Source: Candidatus Micrarchaeia archaeon (lineage in GTDB: Bacteria; Chloroflexota; Dormibacteria; Aeolococcales; Bog-877). Taken from it: DNA of 64,000 nucleotides. Under the pieces are notes generated by a model. The model was not told the origin of the DNA. It did no database searches and worked only from the letters and a program-made list of their open reading frames with translations. The stretch spans positions 44,633-108,632 of the forward strand of contig DATLUG010000010.1 of the NCBI GenBank assembly GCA_035533215.1, given 5' to 3'. This document shows positions 7,076-15,522 of the stretch, one piece after another. The translations under genes and the position numbers were made by a program. Numbering within the stretch: position 1 is the stretch's first letter; each line of letters begins with the position of its first letter.

Positions 7076-9603
7076 GGATCCTTCGGCTCAACCTGCGCGG
7101 CTTCGGCGGGCTCACCGGCATCTTCGAGTTCGACCAACCGTTCACCCTGGTCGCGGGTCCGAACGAGGCCGGCAAGAGCACCCTCCACCAGGCGCTCCGG
7201 GTGGCGCTGTGCGGGCTCGAGCTGCCCGCCCGTGGCCGCCGGCCGCGAGAGACCGGGGAGGTCCTCCGCCACTTCCGCCCCTGGAAGGGCGGACCCTTCG
7301 GGCTCGACCTGGACCTCGAGCTCGGCGGCCGCCCGGTCCGGATCGAGCGCGACCTCGACCACGCCGACCGGGTCCGGGTCCTCGACCTGGACCGGGGACT
7401 GGAGATCACGGACCAGTTCCGCCGCGGCCGCGGGGTGGACGTCGCCGCGGCGCTGGGGATGGGCCGGGAGAGCTTCCTGGCGGTGACGACCGTCGCCCAG
7501 TCCCAGCTCCTCGACCTCGATGCCGCTGTCCTCCAGGAGGATCTCCAGCGCGCCGCCGCCACCTCCGGCAGCGAGATGACGGCGCGGGCGGCGATCGACC
7601 GGCTGCAGGCGTACCGGGTCGAGGAGGTGGGAGGCCCGCGCACCCACAAGCGGCCGCTCGACACCGTCCGGGAGCAGATCGACGAGCTGGAGCGGGAGCT
7701 GGTCGCCGCGCGGGCGGCCCGCGCCGCCCTCGGCGACGAGCTGACCGAGGAGCGGCGGCTCGAGGCCCAGCTGGCGGAGGCCGCGTCCCGCGGCGCCCAG
7801 GCCGAGGCCGGGTGGCACCGGGCGGAGCTGGGCGAGCTCGATGCCGACCTCCGACGGGTCTCCGAGATCGACGGCCGACTGCAGGCGCTCCCCGTCCTGG
7901 AGCTCCCCCCCGACCCCGACGCCATCCGCGAGGCGGCCGCGGGCGCCGCCGAGCTGGCCGAGCAGCTGCGCACCGCCCGGGAGTCGGTGACCCGGCTCAC
8001 CCCGGCCGACCCCCGGCTGGTGGCGCTCGCTCCGGTGACGTCTGCGACCGAGCTGATGGAGCTGGCCACCACCCTGGAGCGGCCGGTCCCTCCGCTGCCG
8101 GCTCAGCGCAGCCACCACGCCGGGCTCGAGTACGTCGACCGCAGGGAGGTCGAGCGCGTCCGGGTGGTCGCCGACGTCCTCGCCGTGGCGGGCGGCGTCG
8201 CCGGGCTGCTCCTCTTCGTGCTCGCCCTGGTCGCACCCGCCGGCCATCCCCGGGTCGCCTTCTTCTTCGGCGGGATCATCGTCCTGGCCGTCACCGCGGT
8301 GGTCTTCCTCGGCCTCCAGCGGCGGCTCCGGGGGCTGCTGGCGACCGGCGGGTTCTCGTCGGTCGCCGAGCTGCGGCGAGCGCAGGGGGCGGGCGACGCG
8401 GGGGCGACCGATCCCGAGGTCACGCTGGCCGTCGAGGCCCAGCGCGCGATCGTCGCCGCCCGATCGCGGGCGCGGGAACGGCTCGACGCCCTGCGCGCGC
8501 CGCGCGACCCGGGCCAGGTGCGCGGCCTGGCGGCGGCGCTGCCGGCGACCCAGGCGCAGCTGGAGGAGCTCACCGTGTGGACCAAAGCCGCGGCCAGGAT
8601 CGAGGCCGAGGCGCTCGATCGGGCCCGCCGCGCCGACCTGCCCGGCCGCGATCCCTCGGCCCTGCTCAGCGGTCTGGTCCAGCTCGGGCGGGCGCTGGAG
8701 GCCGCCGAGGCCGCGGCGGCCCGCCGACGTGAGCTGGCCGGCCAGCGCGAGGAGCGGCTCCACGGTCGCGAGCCGGAGCAGCTGGCCGCGCGGGCCGAGG
8801 AGCTGCGCCGCGGGCTGCGCCCGGCGGAGGGCACGGGACCGTCGGAGGCGCCGATCGAGGTCTCGGCCCAGCAGGCGCGGGCCCGCTTCGACGCGGTCCG
8901 GACCGAGGTCGAGGAGGTGCGTCGGCGCCTCCTCCCGCTGACCGCTCGGCTGCGCGAGCGGGCAGCCGGCGAGCAGGACCTGGCCCAGCTGGAGGAGCGA
9001 CGGGCGGACCTGATCGCGGAGGCGGGCGAGCTGGAGGCCGTGGGCGCCTCGATCGACCTCGCGCTGGCCGAGCTGGAGCGTGCCGAGGAGCTCATCCACC
9101 GCACCCTCGCGCCCAAGCTCGCCGCCACCCTGGCGGACTGGCTGGCGCGCGTCACCGGCGCCCGCTACGAGCGCGCCGCCGTCGACCCCCAGACGCTCGC
9201 GATCCGTCTCGCCGGCCCCGCCGCCCCCACCCTCGTCGCGCTCACCGACCTCTCCCAGGGCACCCAGGAGCAGGTGTACCTGTGTCTGCGGATGGCGCTC
9301 GCCCGCCTCCTGTCCCCCAAGCAGGAGTCGCTCCCCTTGGTCTTCGACGACCCGTTCGTCAACACCGACGACCGGCGCTGCGCGGCGCTGCTGGACGCGA
9401 TTCGTGAGCTGGCCGGCGCCACCCAGATCGTGGTGTTCTCGCACGAGCGGCGGGTGGCCGACTGGGCGGCCGCCCACGAGGTCAACACGGTCCAGCTCAC
9501 CCCCTGGCTGGCGGCTCCCTCGGGCGAGGCGGCGCCCGCGGCCACCGTCGACCGGGGTGACGTCCCCACCGGCTCCGAGCCGCCGCCGTCCCCGGGGGGC
9601 TGA
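7072..9603 (+). CDS. Rad50/SbcC-like AAA ATPase with long coiled coil and a central transmembrane hairpin (YhaN-like architecture)
   Basis: ATGA overlap with the phosphoesterase gene. Walker A is GPNEAGKST, the signature is LSQGTQEQ and Walker B is LVFDDPF. About 650 aa of Ala/Glu/Arg/Leu-rich sequence lies between. Two hydrophobic helices sit at aa 364-415, and there is no CxxC. Confidence 0.85.
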   Translation: MRILRLNLRGFGGLTGIFEFDQPFTLVAGPNEAGKSTLHQALRVALCGLELPARGRRPRETGEVLRHFRPWKGGPFGLDLDLELGGRPVRIERDLDHADRVRVLDLDRGLEITDQFRRGRGVDVAAALGMGRESFLAVTTVAQSQLLDLDAAVLQEDLQRAAATSGSEMTARAAIDRLQAYRVEEVGGPRTHKRPLDTVREQIDELERELVAARAARAALGDELTEERRLEAQLAEAASRGAQAEAGWHRAELGELDADLRRVSEIDGRLQALPVLELPPDPDAIREAAAGAAELAEQLRTARESVTRLTPADPRLVALAPVTSATELMELATTLERPVPPLPAQRSHHAGLEYVDRREVERVRVVADVLAVAGGVAGLLLFVLALVAPAGHPRVAFFFGGIIVLAVTAVVFLGLQRRLRGLLATGGFSSVAELRRAQGAGDAGATDPEVTLAVEAQRAIVAARSRARERLDALRAPRDPGQVRGLAAALPATQAQLEELTVWTKAAARIEAEALDRARRADLPGRDPSALLSGLVQLGRALEAAEAAAARRRELAGQREERLHGREPEQLAARAEELRRGLRPAEGTGPSEAPIEVSAQQARARFDAVRTEVEEVRRRLLPLTARLRERAAGEQDLAQLEERRADLIAEAGELEAVGASIDLALAELERAEELIHRTLAPKLAATLADWLARVTGARYERAAVDPQTLAIRLAGPAAPTLVALTDLSQGTQEQVYLCLRMALARLLSPKQESLPLVFDDPFVNTDDRRCAALLDAIRELAGATQIVVFSHERRVADWAAAHEVNTVQLTPWLAAPSGEAAPAATVDRGDVPTGSEPPPSPGG

Positions 9604-9611
9604 ACGGAGCG

Positions 9612-10529
9612 ATGCGGATCGCCTCGCTGGTGCCCAGCGCCACGGAGATCTGCTTTGCGCTCGGGCTCGGCCCCTCGGTGGTGGGGGTGAGCCATGCCTG
9701 CGACTTCCCGCCGCAGGCGGCCTTCAAGGCCATCCTGACGAGGAGCGGGGTGGATGGGTCGGCCTTCGACCCGGCCGCCGACCGCCATCTGCAGCCGGGA
9801 CGGCATGACGGCAGCAGCCCGATCGACCTCGACCGGGTCGCGCTTCGCCGGGCCCGCCCCGACCTGATCCTCACCCAGGAGCTCTGCCACGTGTGCGCCG
9901 CCGCCTACACCGAGGTCCTGGAGGCGGCGCGCGTGCTCCCGGGCCATCCCCGGGTCGTCTCCCTGGACCCCGCCACCCTGCCCGCGGTCCTGCGCTCGAT
10001 CCTGCACGTCGGCCAGCTGACCGGCACCCGCGACCGGGCCAGCGAGCTGGTGAGCTCGTTGGCCGCCCGCGTCGACGCCGTCCGCGGCGCGATCGCCGGA
10101 CGCCCCCGCCCCCGGGTCGCATGCCTCGAGTGGTTCGATCCGCTGATGGTGGCCGGGCACTGGGTCCCGGACCAGGTGGAGATCGCCGGTGGCCAAGACG
10201 TCCTGGGGATCTCGGGGGCCCCGTCTCGGCCGGTGACGCCGGCGGAGCTGGCGGCGGCGGCTCCCGACGTCGTGGTGTGCATGCCGTGCGGGCTGCGGGC
10301 GCCGGCGGCGCAGCGGGCGGCGGCCCCCCTCACCCGGCTCCCGGGATGGGCCGGCCTTCCGGCGGTGCGCGCAGGGCGGGTGGTGGCCGTGGACGGATCC
10401 TGGTACTTCAACCGACCCGGGCCGCGGGTCCTCGACGGCACCGAGCTGCTCGCCCGGCTCCTCCACCCCGAGGCCTGGCGGGGCCCCGCTCCGGTGGGTT
10501 CGCTGCGGATCGAAGGCGCGGGCGCGTAG
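9612..10529 (+). CDS. BtuF/TroA-like (cobalamin or iron-siderophore type) substrate-binding protein, no obvious signal peptide
   Basis: N-terminus is RIASLVPSATEICFALG, typical of class III periplasmic-binding-fold proteins. An ACGGAG SD precedes the ATG. Confidence 0.75.
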   Translation: MRIASLVPSATEICFALGLGPSVVGVSHACDFPPQAAFKAILTRSGVDGSAFDPAADRHLQPGRHDGSSPIDLDRVALRRARPDLILTQELCHVCAAAYTEVLEAARVLPGHPRVVSLDPATLPAVLRSILHVGQLTGTRDRASELVSSLAARVDAVRGAIAGRPRPRVACLEWFDPLMVAGHWVPDQVEIAGGQDVLGISGAPSRPVTPAELAAAAPDVVVCMPCGLRAPAAQRAAAPLTRLPGWAGLPAVRAGRVVAVDGSWYFNRPGPRVLDGTELLARLLHPEAWRGPAPVGSLRIEGAGA

Positions 10530-10581
10530 CGGTCGGCCGGCAGGGTGATTCCGTGGGGGCCGCCGTCCCCCTTGGAGCAGG

Positions 10582-10790
10582 GCCCGGCACCGACACCAGG
10601 TCGCGGTCGGGAAGGGCCGCCCGCATCTGGGCCACGTGGATCTCGTCGGCGGCCACCCCGGCCACCGGCACGACGAGGCGGCCGTCGGGGCGGTACACGT
10701 TGATCGGCAGCACCCGACCACGCGGACGCGTGCTCCGCGGGGTCGGCGCTCCCCGTCGGCGGCCACCAGAGGGTGGCAGCCCCGAGTGCA
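10582..10790 (-). pseudogene. Possible remnant of a minus-strand gene broken by frameshifts
   Basis: One frame shows coding-like GC3 and protein-like sequence (VLPINVYRPDGRLVVPVAGVAADEIHVAQMRAALPDRDLV). The signal moves to other frames on both sides, and no frame gives an intact ORF with start and stop. Confidence 0.25.
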
Positions 10791-11201
10791 CCGGTCGGTG
10801 GTCGCACCCACGGCCGAGGCCTCCGCATCGCGGTCCAGGGGCTGGTCGTCGCCTGGAGCAGCCCGGGCTCCGTGCCCACCTGGGACCGCCGGGCGCGGGT
10901 CGTGGCCGAGAGGCGGGCACGGTCCCGTGACGCCAGTCGCCGCGCCACCCTCACGCTCCGAGCCCGGCGGTCCCCCCGGGCTGGAGACCCGTGCCCGCAG
11001 GGGAGGGCGGCGAGCGTGCCGCCCGCGGAGCAGGGGGCGCCCAGCCGGCATCGCACCGCGCCCGGGGGTGGGGCTCGACCAAGGGGTGCGCGCGTTGCGA
11101 CGCTGTGGCTCGGCGCCGCTCCACCCGGGCCTGCGCACCGGCGATATGCTGACCGGAGTCGAGGGCGGGTCCGCCGGCGGGAGCGCGCCCCGGCGGGTGG
11201 A

Positions 11202-12839
11202 GTGGGAGGGCATCTGACGGACCCGCCTCCGCGCCGCATCTTCGCCAACGGCGTCATCCGGACGATGGAGGGTGAGGCCGAGCCGCCGCAGGCGGTGGCG
11301 GTGGTCGGCGACCGCATCGATCGGGTGGGAGACCTGGACCAGCTCCGCCGTCGGGTCCCGGGGGCCGAGGCGGTCGACCTGGGCGGCGGGACGATGCTGC
11401 CCGGGTTCATCGATGCCCACAACCACGCCCTCGCCACCGGCGAGTCGCTCCACGGCCTCGATGTCCGCTCCCCGGGGGTGGCCAGTGCCGAGGCCCTGCT
11501 CCAGGTGATCGCCGGGGCGGCGCGCACGGCTCCGGCGGCCGCCTTCATCCACGCCTTCGGCTTCGACCACGCCACGTACCCGGCCGCGTCACCGCCCACC
11601 CGGTGGGACCTGGACCGGGTGGCCGGGGACCATCCGGTCGCGGTCGGGCACGTCTCCGGCCACGACGTCCTCGTCAACTCGAAGGTCCTCGCCGAGCGGG
11701 GCGTCGACGACCGGGTCGACGACCCCCGGGGCGGGGCCTTCCTCCGGGACGGGCGGGGGGTGCTCACCGGTCTGTGCCAGGACGCCGCCATCGGCGTTGC
11801 CCTGCCGGTCATGGTCGACGTCCGCGGCCACGGGCCGAACGTCCACACCGCCGCCCCGCTGGAGGATCTGATCGACGCGGTCGAGCGGGCGGGACGGGCC
11901 TACCTGGCGGCCGGGCTCACCACCGTCTGCGACGCCCAGGTCACCCTCCGCGAGCTGACCGCCTCCCGCACCGCCCGGGACCAGGGCCGACTCCCGGTGC
12001 GAACCGCCTGCATGCCCCTCGGACCCCAGCTGGACGCCTTCGAGCAGCTGGGGTTGGCGGGGCCGTGCGGCGATGACGCGCTCTGGCTGGGCCCGATGAC
12101 GTTCGATGCCGATGGCTCGCTCATCGGTGGGTCGGCGGCCTTCTCCGAGCCGTACGGCAGCCTGGGCGAGTTCGCCGGCACGCTCGTCTGGGAGCCGCAG
12201 GAGATGACGGCGTTGATCGGACGGGCGCACCGATTGGGTTGGCAGGTTGGCGTGCACGCTCAGGGCGACCGGGCCATCCAGATGGCCCTGGACGCGTTCG
12301 AGACCACGATGGGTGCCGCCCCGCGCCCGGATCCCCGGCACCGGATCGAGCACGCCGGATTCCCCACCCCGGAGCAGGTCGATCGGATCGCCCGCCTCGG
12401 CGTCATGACGGTGAACCAGCCCACCTACCTCTTCGACTCCGGCGACGAGTTCCTCGCCCGCCTCGGCGCCCGGGCGCATCGGCTCAGCCCCCTGCGCGAC
12501 GAGCTCCGGGCTGGGGTCGACGTCGTGCTCAGCAGCGACGCCGACGTCGCCTCCTCCCGTCCGCTGGACACCATCGCCAACGCGGTCCGGCGCCGGACCC
12601 GGTGCGGGCAGCCCATCGGCGCCGGGCAGGCGCTCACCGTGGAGGAGGCGGTCCGGGCCCACACCGTCACGGCGGCGCGGTCGCTCCGCCGTGAGGACCG
12701 GCTCGGGACCATCGGGGCGGGGAAGGTCGCCGACCTCGTGGTGCTGGATCGCGATCGGCTCCGGTTGCCGGCCGCGGCCCTCTCCGAGGTGGCGGTCGCG
12801 ATGACCGTGCTGGGGGGCCGGATCGTGTTCGGGGCCTGA
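11202..12839 (+). CDS. Amidohydrolase family protein (Amidohydrolase_3-like metal-dependent hydrolase)
   Basis: N-terminus is IFANGVIRTMEGE...AVAVVGDRI, followed by GFIDAHNH (HxH metal motif). The GTG start at 11202 is uncertain. Confidence 0.8.
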   Translation: MGGHLTDPPPRRIFANGVIRTMEGEAEPPQAVAVVGDRIDRVGDLDQLRRRVPGAEAVDLGGGTMLPGFIDAHNHALATGESLHGLDVRSPGVASAEALLQVIAGAARTAPAAAFIHAFGFDHATYPAASPPTRWDLDRVAGDHPVAVGHVSGHDVLVNSKVLAERGVDDRVDDPRGGAFLRDGRGVLTGLCQDAAIGVALPVMVDVRGHGPNVHTAAPLEDLIDAVERAGRAYLAAGLTTVCDAQVTLRELTASRTARDQGRLPVRTACMPLGPQLDAFEQLGLAGPCGDDALWLGPMTFDADGSLIGGSAAFSEPYGSLGEFAGTLVWEPQEMTALIGRAHRLGWQVGVHAQGDRAIQMALDAFETTMGAAPRPDPRHRIEHAGFPTPEQVDRIARLGVMTVNQPTYLFDSGDEFLARLGARAHRLSPLRDELRAGVDVVLSSDADVASSRPLDTIANAVRRRTRCGQPIGAGQALTVEEAVRAHTVTAARSLRREDRLGTIGAGKVADLVVLDRDRLRLPAAALSEVAVAMTVLGGRIVFGA

Positions 12840-12844
12840 GGGAC

Positions 12845-13480
12845 GTGGGCCTCGCCCTCACACCCACCGAGGAGGATCGCCTCCAGGTGTTCGTCGCCGC
12901 CGAGCTGGCCCGCTCGCTGCTCGCGCGCGGCCTGCGCCTGAACGCCCCCGAGGCGGTGGCGCTGGTCTGCGACGCCATGCACGCCGCCGCTCGCGGCGGC
13001 GCCCGGTTCGAGGACGTGGCCCGCGCCGGGCGGGAGGCGCTCGACCCCAGCCAGCTGCTCGACGGCGTGGCGGGCCTGGTCGACGAGGTCCGGGTCGAGG
13101 TGCTCTGCGACGAGGGGACCCGGCTCGTCATCCTGCGCCACCCCTTCGGCCCCGCCGGTCCGGACGCGCCCGGCGCGGTGCGCCCCGCGAGCGGCGACCT
13201 CGAGCTGGCACCGGGACGCGAGCGCCGCCATCTCGCCGTGCGCAACGACTCCCGTCGCCCGGTGCGGGTGTCGTCCCACTACCCGTTCTGGCGCGCCAAC
13301 GTCCGGCTCGCGTTCGACCGCGGGCGGGCGGCGGGGTTCCGCCTCGACATCCCCGCCGGCGAATCGCTGCGCTGGGCCGCCGGCGAGACCCGCGAGGTGG
13401 TGCTGGTGCGGCTGCCCGGCGGGGAGGCGGGGAGGGACGGGGCGGAGCGCGAACCCGGCCGTCCCCGGGCCCACGGATGA
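12845..13480 (+). CDS. ureAB: Urease gamma-beta fusion subunit
   Basis: The N-terminal half aligns by eye with UreA (LTPTEEDRLQVFVAAELA...GLRLNAPEAVAL). The C-terminal half aligns with UreB (RPVRVSSHYPFWRANVRLAFDR...GFRLDIPAG). Confidence 0.9.
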   Translation: MGLALTPTEEDRLQVFVAAELARSLLARGLRLNAPEAVALVCDAMHAAARGGARFEDVARAGREALDPSQLLDGVAGLVDEVRVEVLCDEGTRLVILRHPFGPAGPDAPGAVRPASGDLELAPGRERRHLAVRNDSRRPVRVSSHYPFWRANVRLAFDRGRAAGFRLDIPAGESLRWAAGETREVVLVRLPGGEAGRDGAEREPGRPRAHG

Positions 13481-15204
13481 GGCTCGCGCGGGCGGCGTAC
13501 GCCGCCCGCTACGGTCCCACCACCGGCGACCGGGTCCGCCTCGGCGACACCGACCTGTGGGTGCGCATCGAGGCCGACCACGCCGCCCCCGGCGACGAGC
13601 CGTGCTGGGGCTACGCCAAGAACCTGCGGTCGCGGATGGCCCAGTTCGACCGCGCCGCCCGCCCCAGCGAGCTGGACGTGGTGCTCCTCGGGGTCGTCGT
13701 CATCGAGCCCACCCTGGGGGTGGTGAAGGCTGATGTCGGCGTCAAGGACGGACGGATCTGCGGGATCGGGCGGGCGGGCAGCCCCGACCTCAGCGGGCGG
13801 GTGGACCTGGTCGTCGGGCCCAACACCCTTCCGCTCAACTGCCGGGGGCTGATCGCCACCGCCGGCGCCGTCGACAGCCACGTGCACCTGATCACCCCGC
13901 GGCTGGTTCCGGCCGCGCTCTCGGCGGGCGTCACCACCCTCATCACCGCGGGGTTCGAGGAGCCCCCCTTCGTGATGGCCGTCACCCTGGCCGCGTTCGA
14001 GCAGCTGCCGGTGAACCTCGGGCTGCAGGCGAGCGCCCGGACCGAGCAGCCCGGGCACGTGGAGCGGGTGCTGGAGGCGGGCGCGTGCGGGCTCAAGGTC
14101 CACGAGGACTGGGGCGCCTACCCGGAGATCGTGGACGCCACCCTCGGGCTCGCCGAGGCCCACGACGTGGCCGTGTGCCTGCACACCGACGGGCTCAACG
14201 AATCGTGCGAGCTGGAGGAAACGGTGGCGGCGGTCGCGGGCCGCACCGTGCACGCCTACCACGTCGAGGGGACCGGCGGCGGCCACGTCCCCGACCTCAT
14301 CGGCATCGTCCGCGAGCCGAACGTGATCTGCTCCTCGACCACCCCGACCCTCCCCTACGGGCCGGGCACCGCCCCAGAGCACCCCGACATGATCCTGGCG
14401 GTGCACGGCGGTGACCCCGAGAGCCGCCCGGACCGCGAGGCGGCCGCCGAGCGCGTGCATCCGGCGACGATGGCGGCCGAGGGGCCCCTGCACGAGCTGG
14501 GCGCCATCAGCATCGTCAACAGCGATTCGCAGGGGATGGGCCGGATCGGTGAGACGGTGCGGCGGACCTGGCAGCTCGCCGACGCGATGAAGCGCTGGCG
14601 CGCGACCGATGCCGGCGCCGAGTGGCCGGCGGCGCCGCCGGTGCGCCGCGCCGCTCCCCGCCAGCCCCCCGACGGCGAGCCGGACGACAACGAGCGGGTG
14701 CTCCGGTACCTGGCCAAGGTGACGGCGGAGCCGGCCCTGGTCCACGGGATCGCGTCCGAGGTGGGCTCCCTCGCCCCCGGCCGGCTGGCGGACGTGGTCC
14801 TCTGGCGGACCTCGCACTTCGGCGTTCGGCCCGAGCTGGTCCTCAAGGCGGGGGTGGTCGCCTGGGCCGTGCAGGGGGCCGGCAATGCCGCCGTCGAGGG
14901 AGCTGAGCCGACCCGGTACGGGCCTGGCTGGGCGGCCCTGGGGCTGGCGGCAGCTCCCCTGTCGGTGACGTTCGTCAGCCGGGCGGCGCTGGAGGGGGGG
15001 ATCCGGGACCGCCTCGGCAGCCGCCGACGGTTCCTGGCGGTGGGGGGGACGCGCGGCCTCCGCCGCGCCGACCTTCTCGCCAACACCTGCGTGCCCGACA
15101 TCGTCACCGACCCGGCCGACGGCACCGTCCGGCTCGGCGGCCGGGTCCTCGCCGCCGACCCGGTCGACCGGGTCCCCCTCAGCCGTCGCTACCTGCTGGG
15201 CTGA
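13477..15204 (+). CDS. ureC: Urease alpha (catalytic) subunit
   Basis: ATGA overlap with ureAB. Motifs are AGAVDSHVHLI (HxH), GLKVHEDWG (carbamylated Lys), HTDGLNE, HVEGTGGGH and NSDSQGMGRIGE. Confidence 0.95.
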   Translation: MRLARAAYAARYGPTTGDRVRLGDTDLWVRIEADHAAPGDEPCWGYAKNLRSRMAQFDRAARPSELDVVLLGVVVIEPTLGVVKADVGVKDGRICGIGRAGSPDLSGRVDLVVGPNTLPLNCRGLIATAGAVDSHVHLITPRLVPAALSAGVTTLITAGFEEPPFVMAVTLAAFEQLPVNLGLQASARTEQPGHVERVLEAGACGLKVHEDWGAYPEIVDATLGLAEAHDVAVCLHTDGLNESCELEETVAAVAGRTVHAYHVEGTGGGHVPDLIGIVREPNVICSSTTPTLPYGPGTAPEHPDMILAVHGGDPESRPDREAAAERVHPATMAAEGPLHELGAISIVNSDSQGMGRIGETVRRTWQLADAMKRWRATDAGAEWPAAPPVRRAAPRQPPDGEPDDNERVLRYLAKVTAEPALVHGIASEVGSLAPGRLADVVLWRTSHFGVRPELVLKAGVVAWAVQGAGNAAVEGAEPTRYGPGWAALGLAAAPLSVTFVSRAALEGGIRDRLGSRRRFLAVGGTRGLRRADLLANTCVPDIVTDPADGTVRLGGRVLAADPVDRVPLSRRYLLG

Positions 15205-15522
15205 CGGCGTCGCCGCCGCCGGCGCCGGCGGATGCGCGGGGGACACGGTCACCCCGCCGGCTGGTCCGCTCGCCACCGCGCGCCCGTCCGGAGCGCTCGG
15301 AGCTGCCGCCCGGGCGCTCGGGGGCGATGGTCCGGGCGAGCCGCCTCGGCAGCGGAGCGCTGGCCGCCGGGAGGGCCGTGCCGGCCGCGTCGGCGGTGCG
15401 TTCCGATGCAGCCGCGGCGGTGCAGTCGTGGAGACCGTGGGAGCCCACCCCGCGAACGGCCGCCCGGTGGCGGCGACGGGCCCCCGGCCGTAACCGGCTG
15501 CGCGACGGCCCGTTGCATCGGG

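Noticed and set aside
6592-9477. A 961-aa minus-strand ORF opposite the Rad50-like ATPase.
   Set aside because: It is a mirror-frame artefact. It carries no motifs and its composition is dominated by Arg/Gly/Pro/Leu. The plus-strand gene has Walker A, signature and Walker B motifs.
10735-10800. A Rieske [2Fe-2S]-like remnant (DRCTRGCHPL in one frame, WWPPTGSADP in an overlapping frame). It might have been the missing partner of the cytochrome b gene.
   Set aside because: The Cys/His spacing does not match CxHxGC or CPxHG. The two readings use the same nucleotides in different frames, so at most one could be real. This would be over-interpretation.
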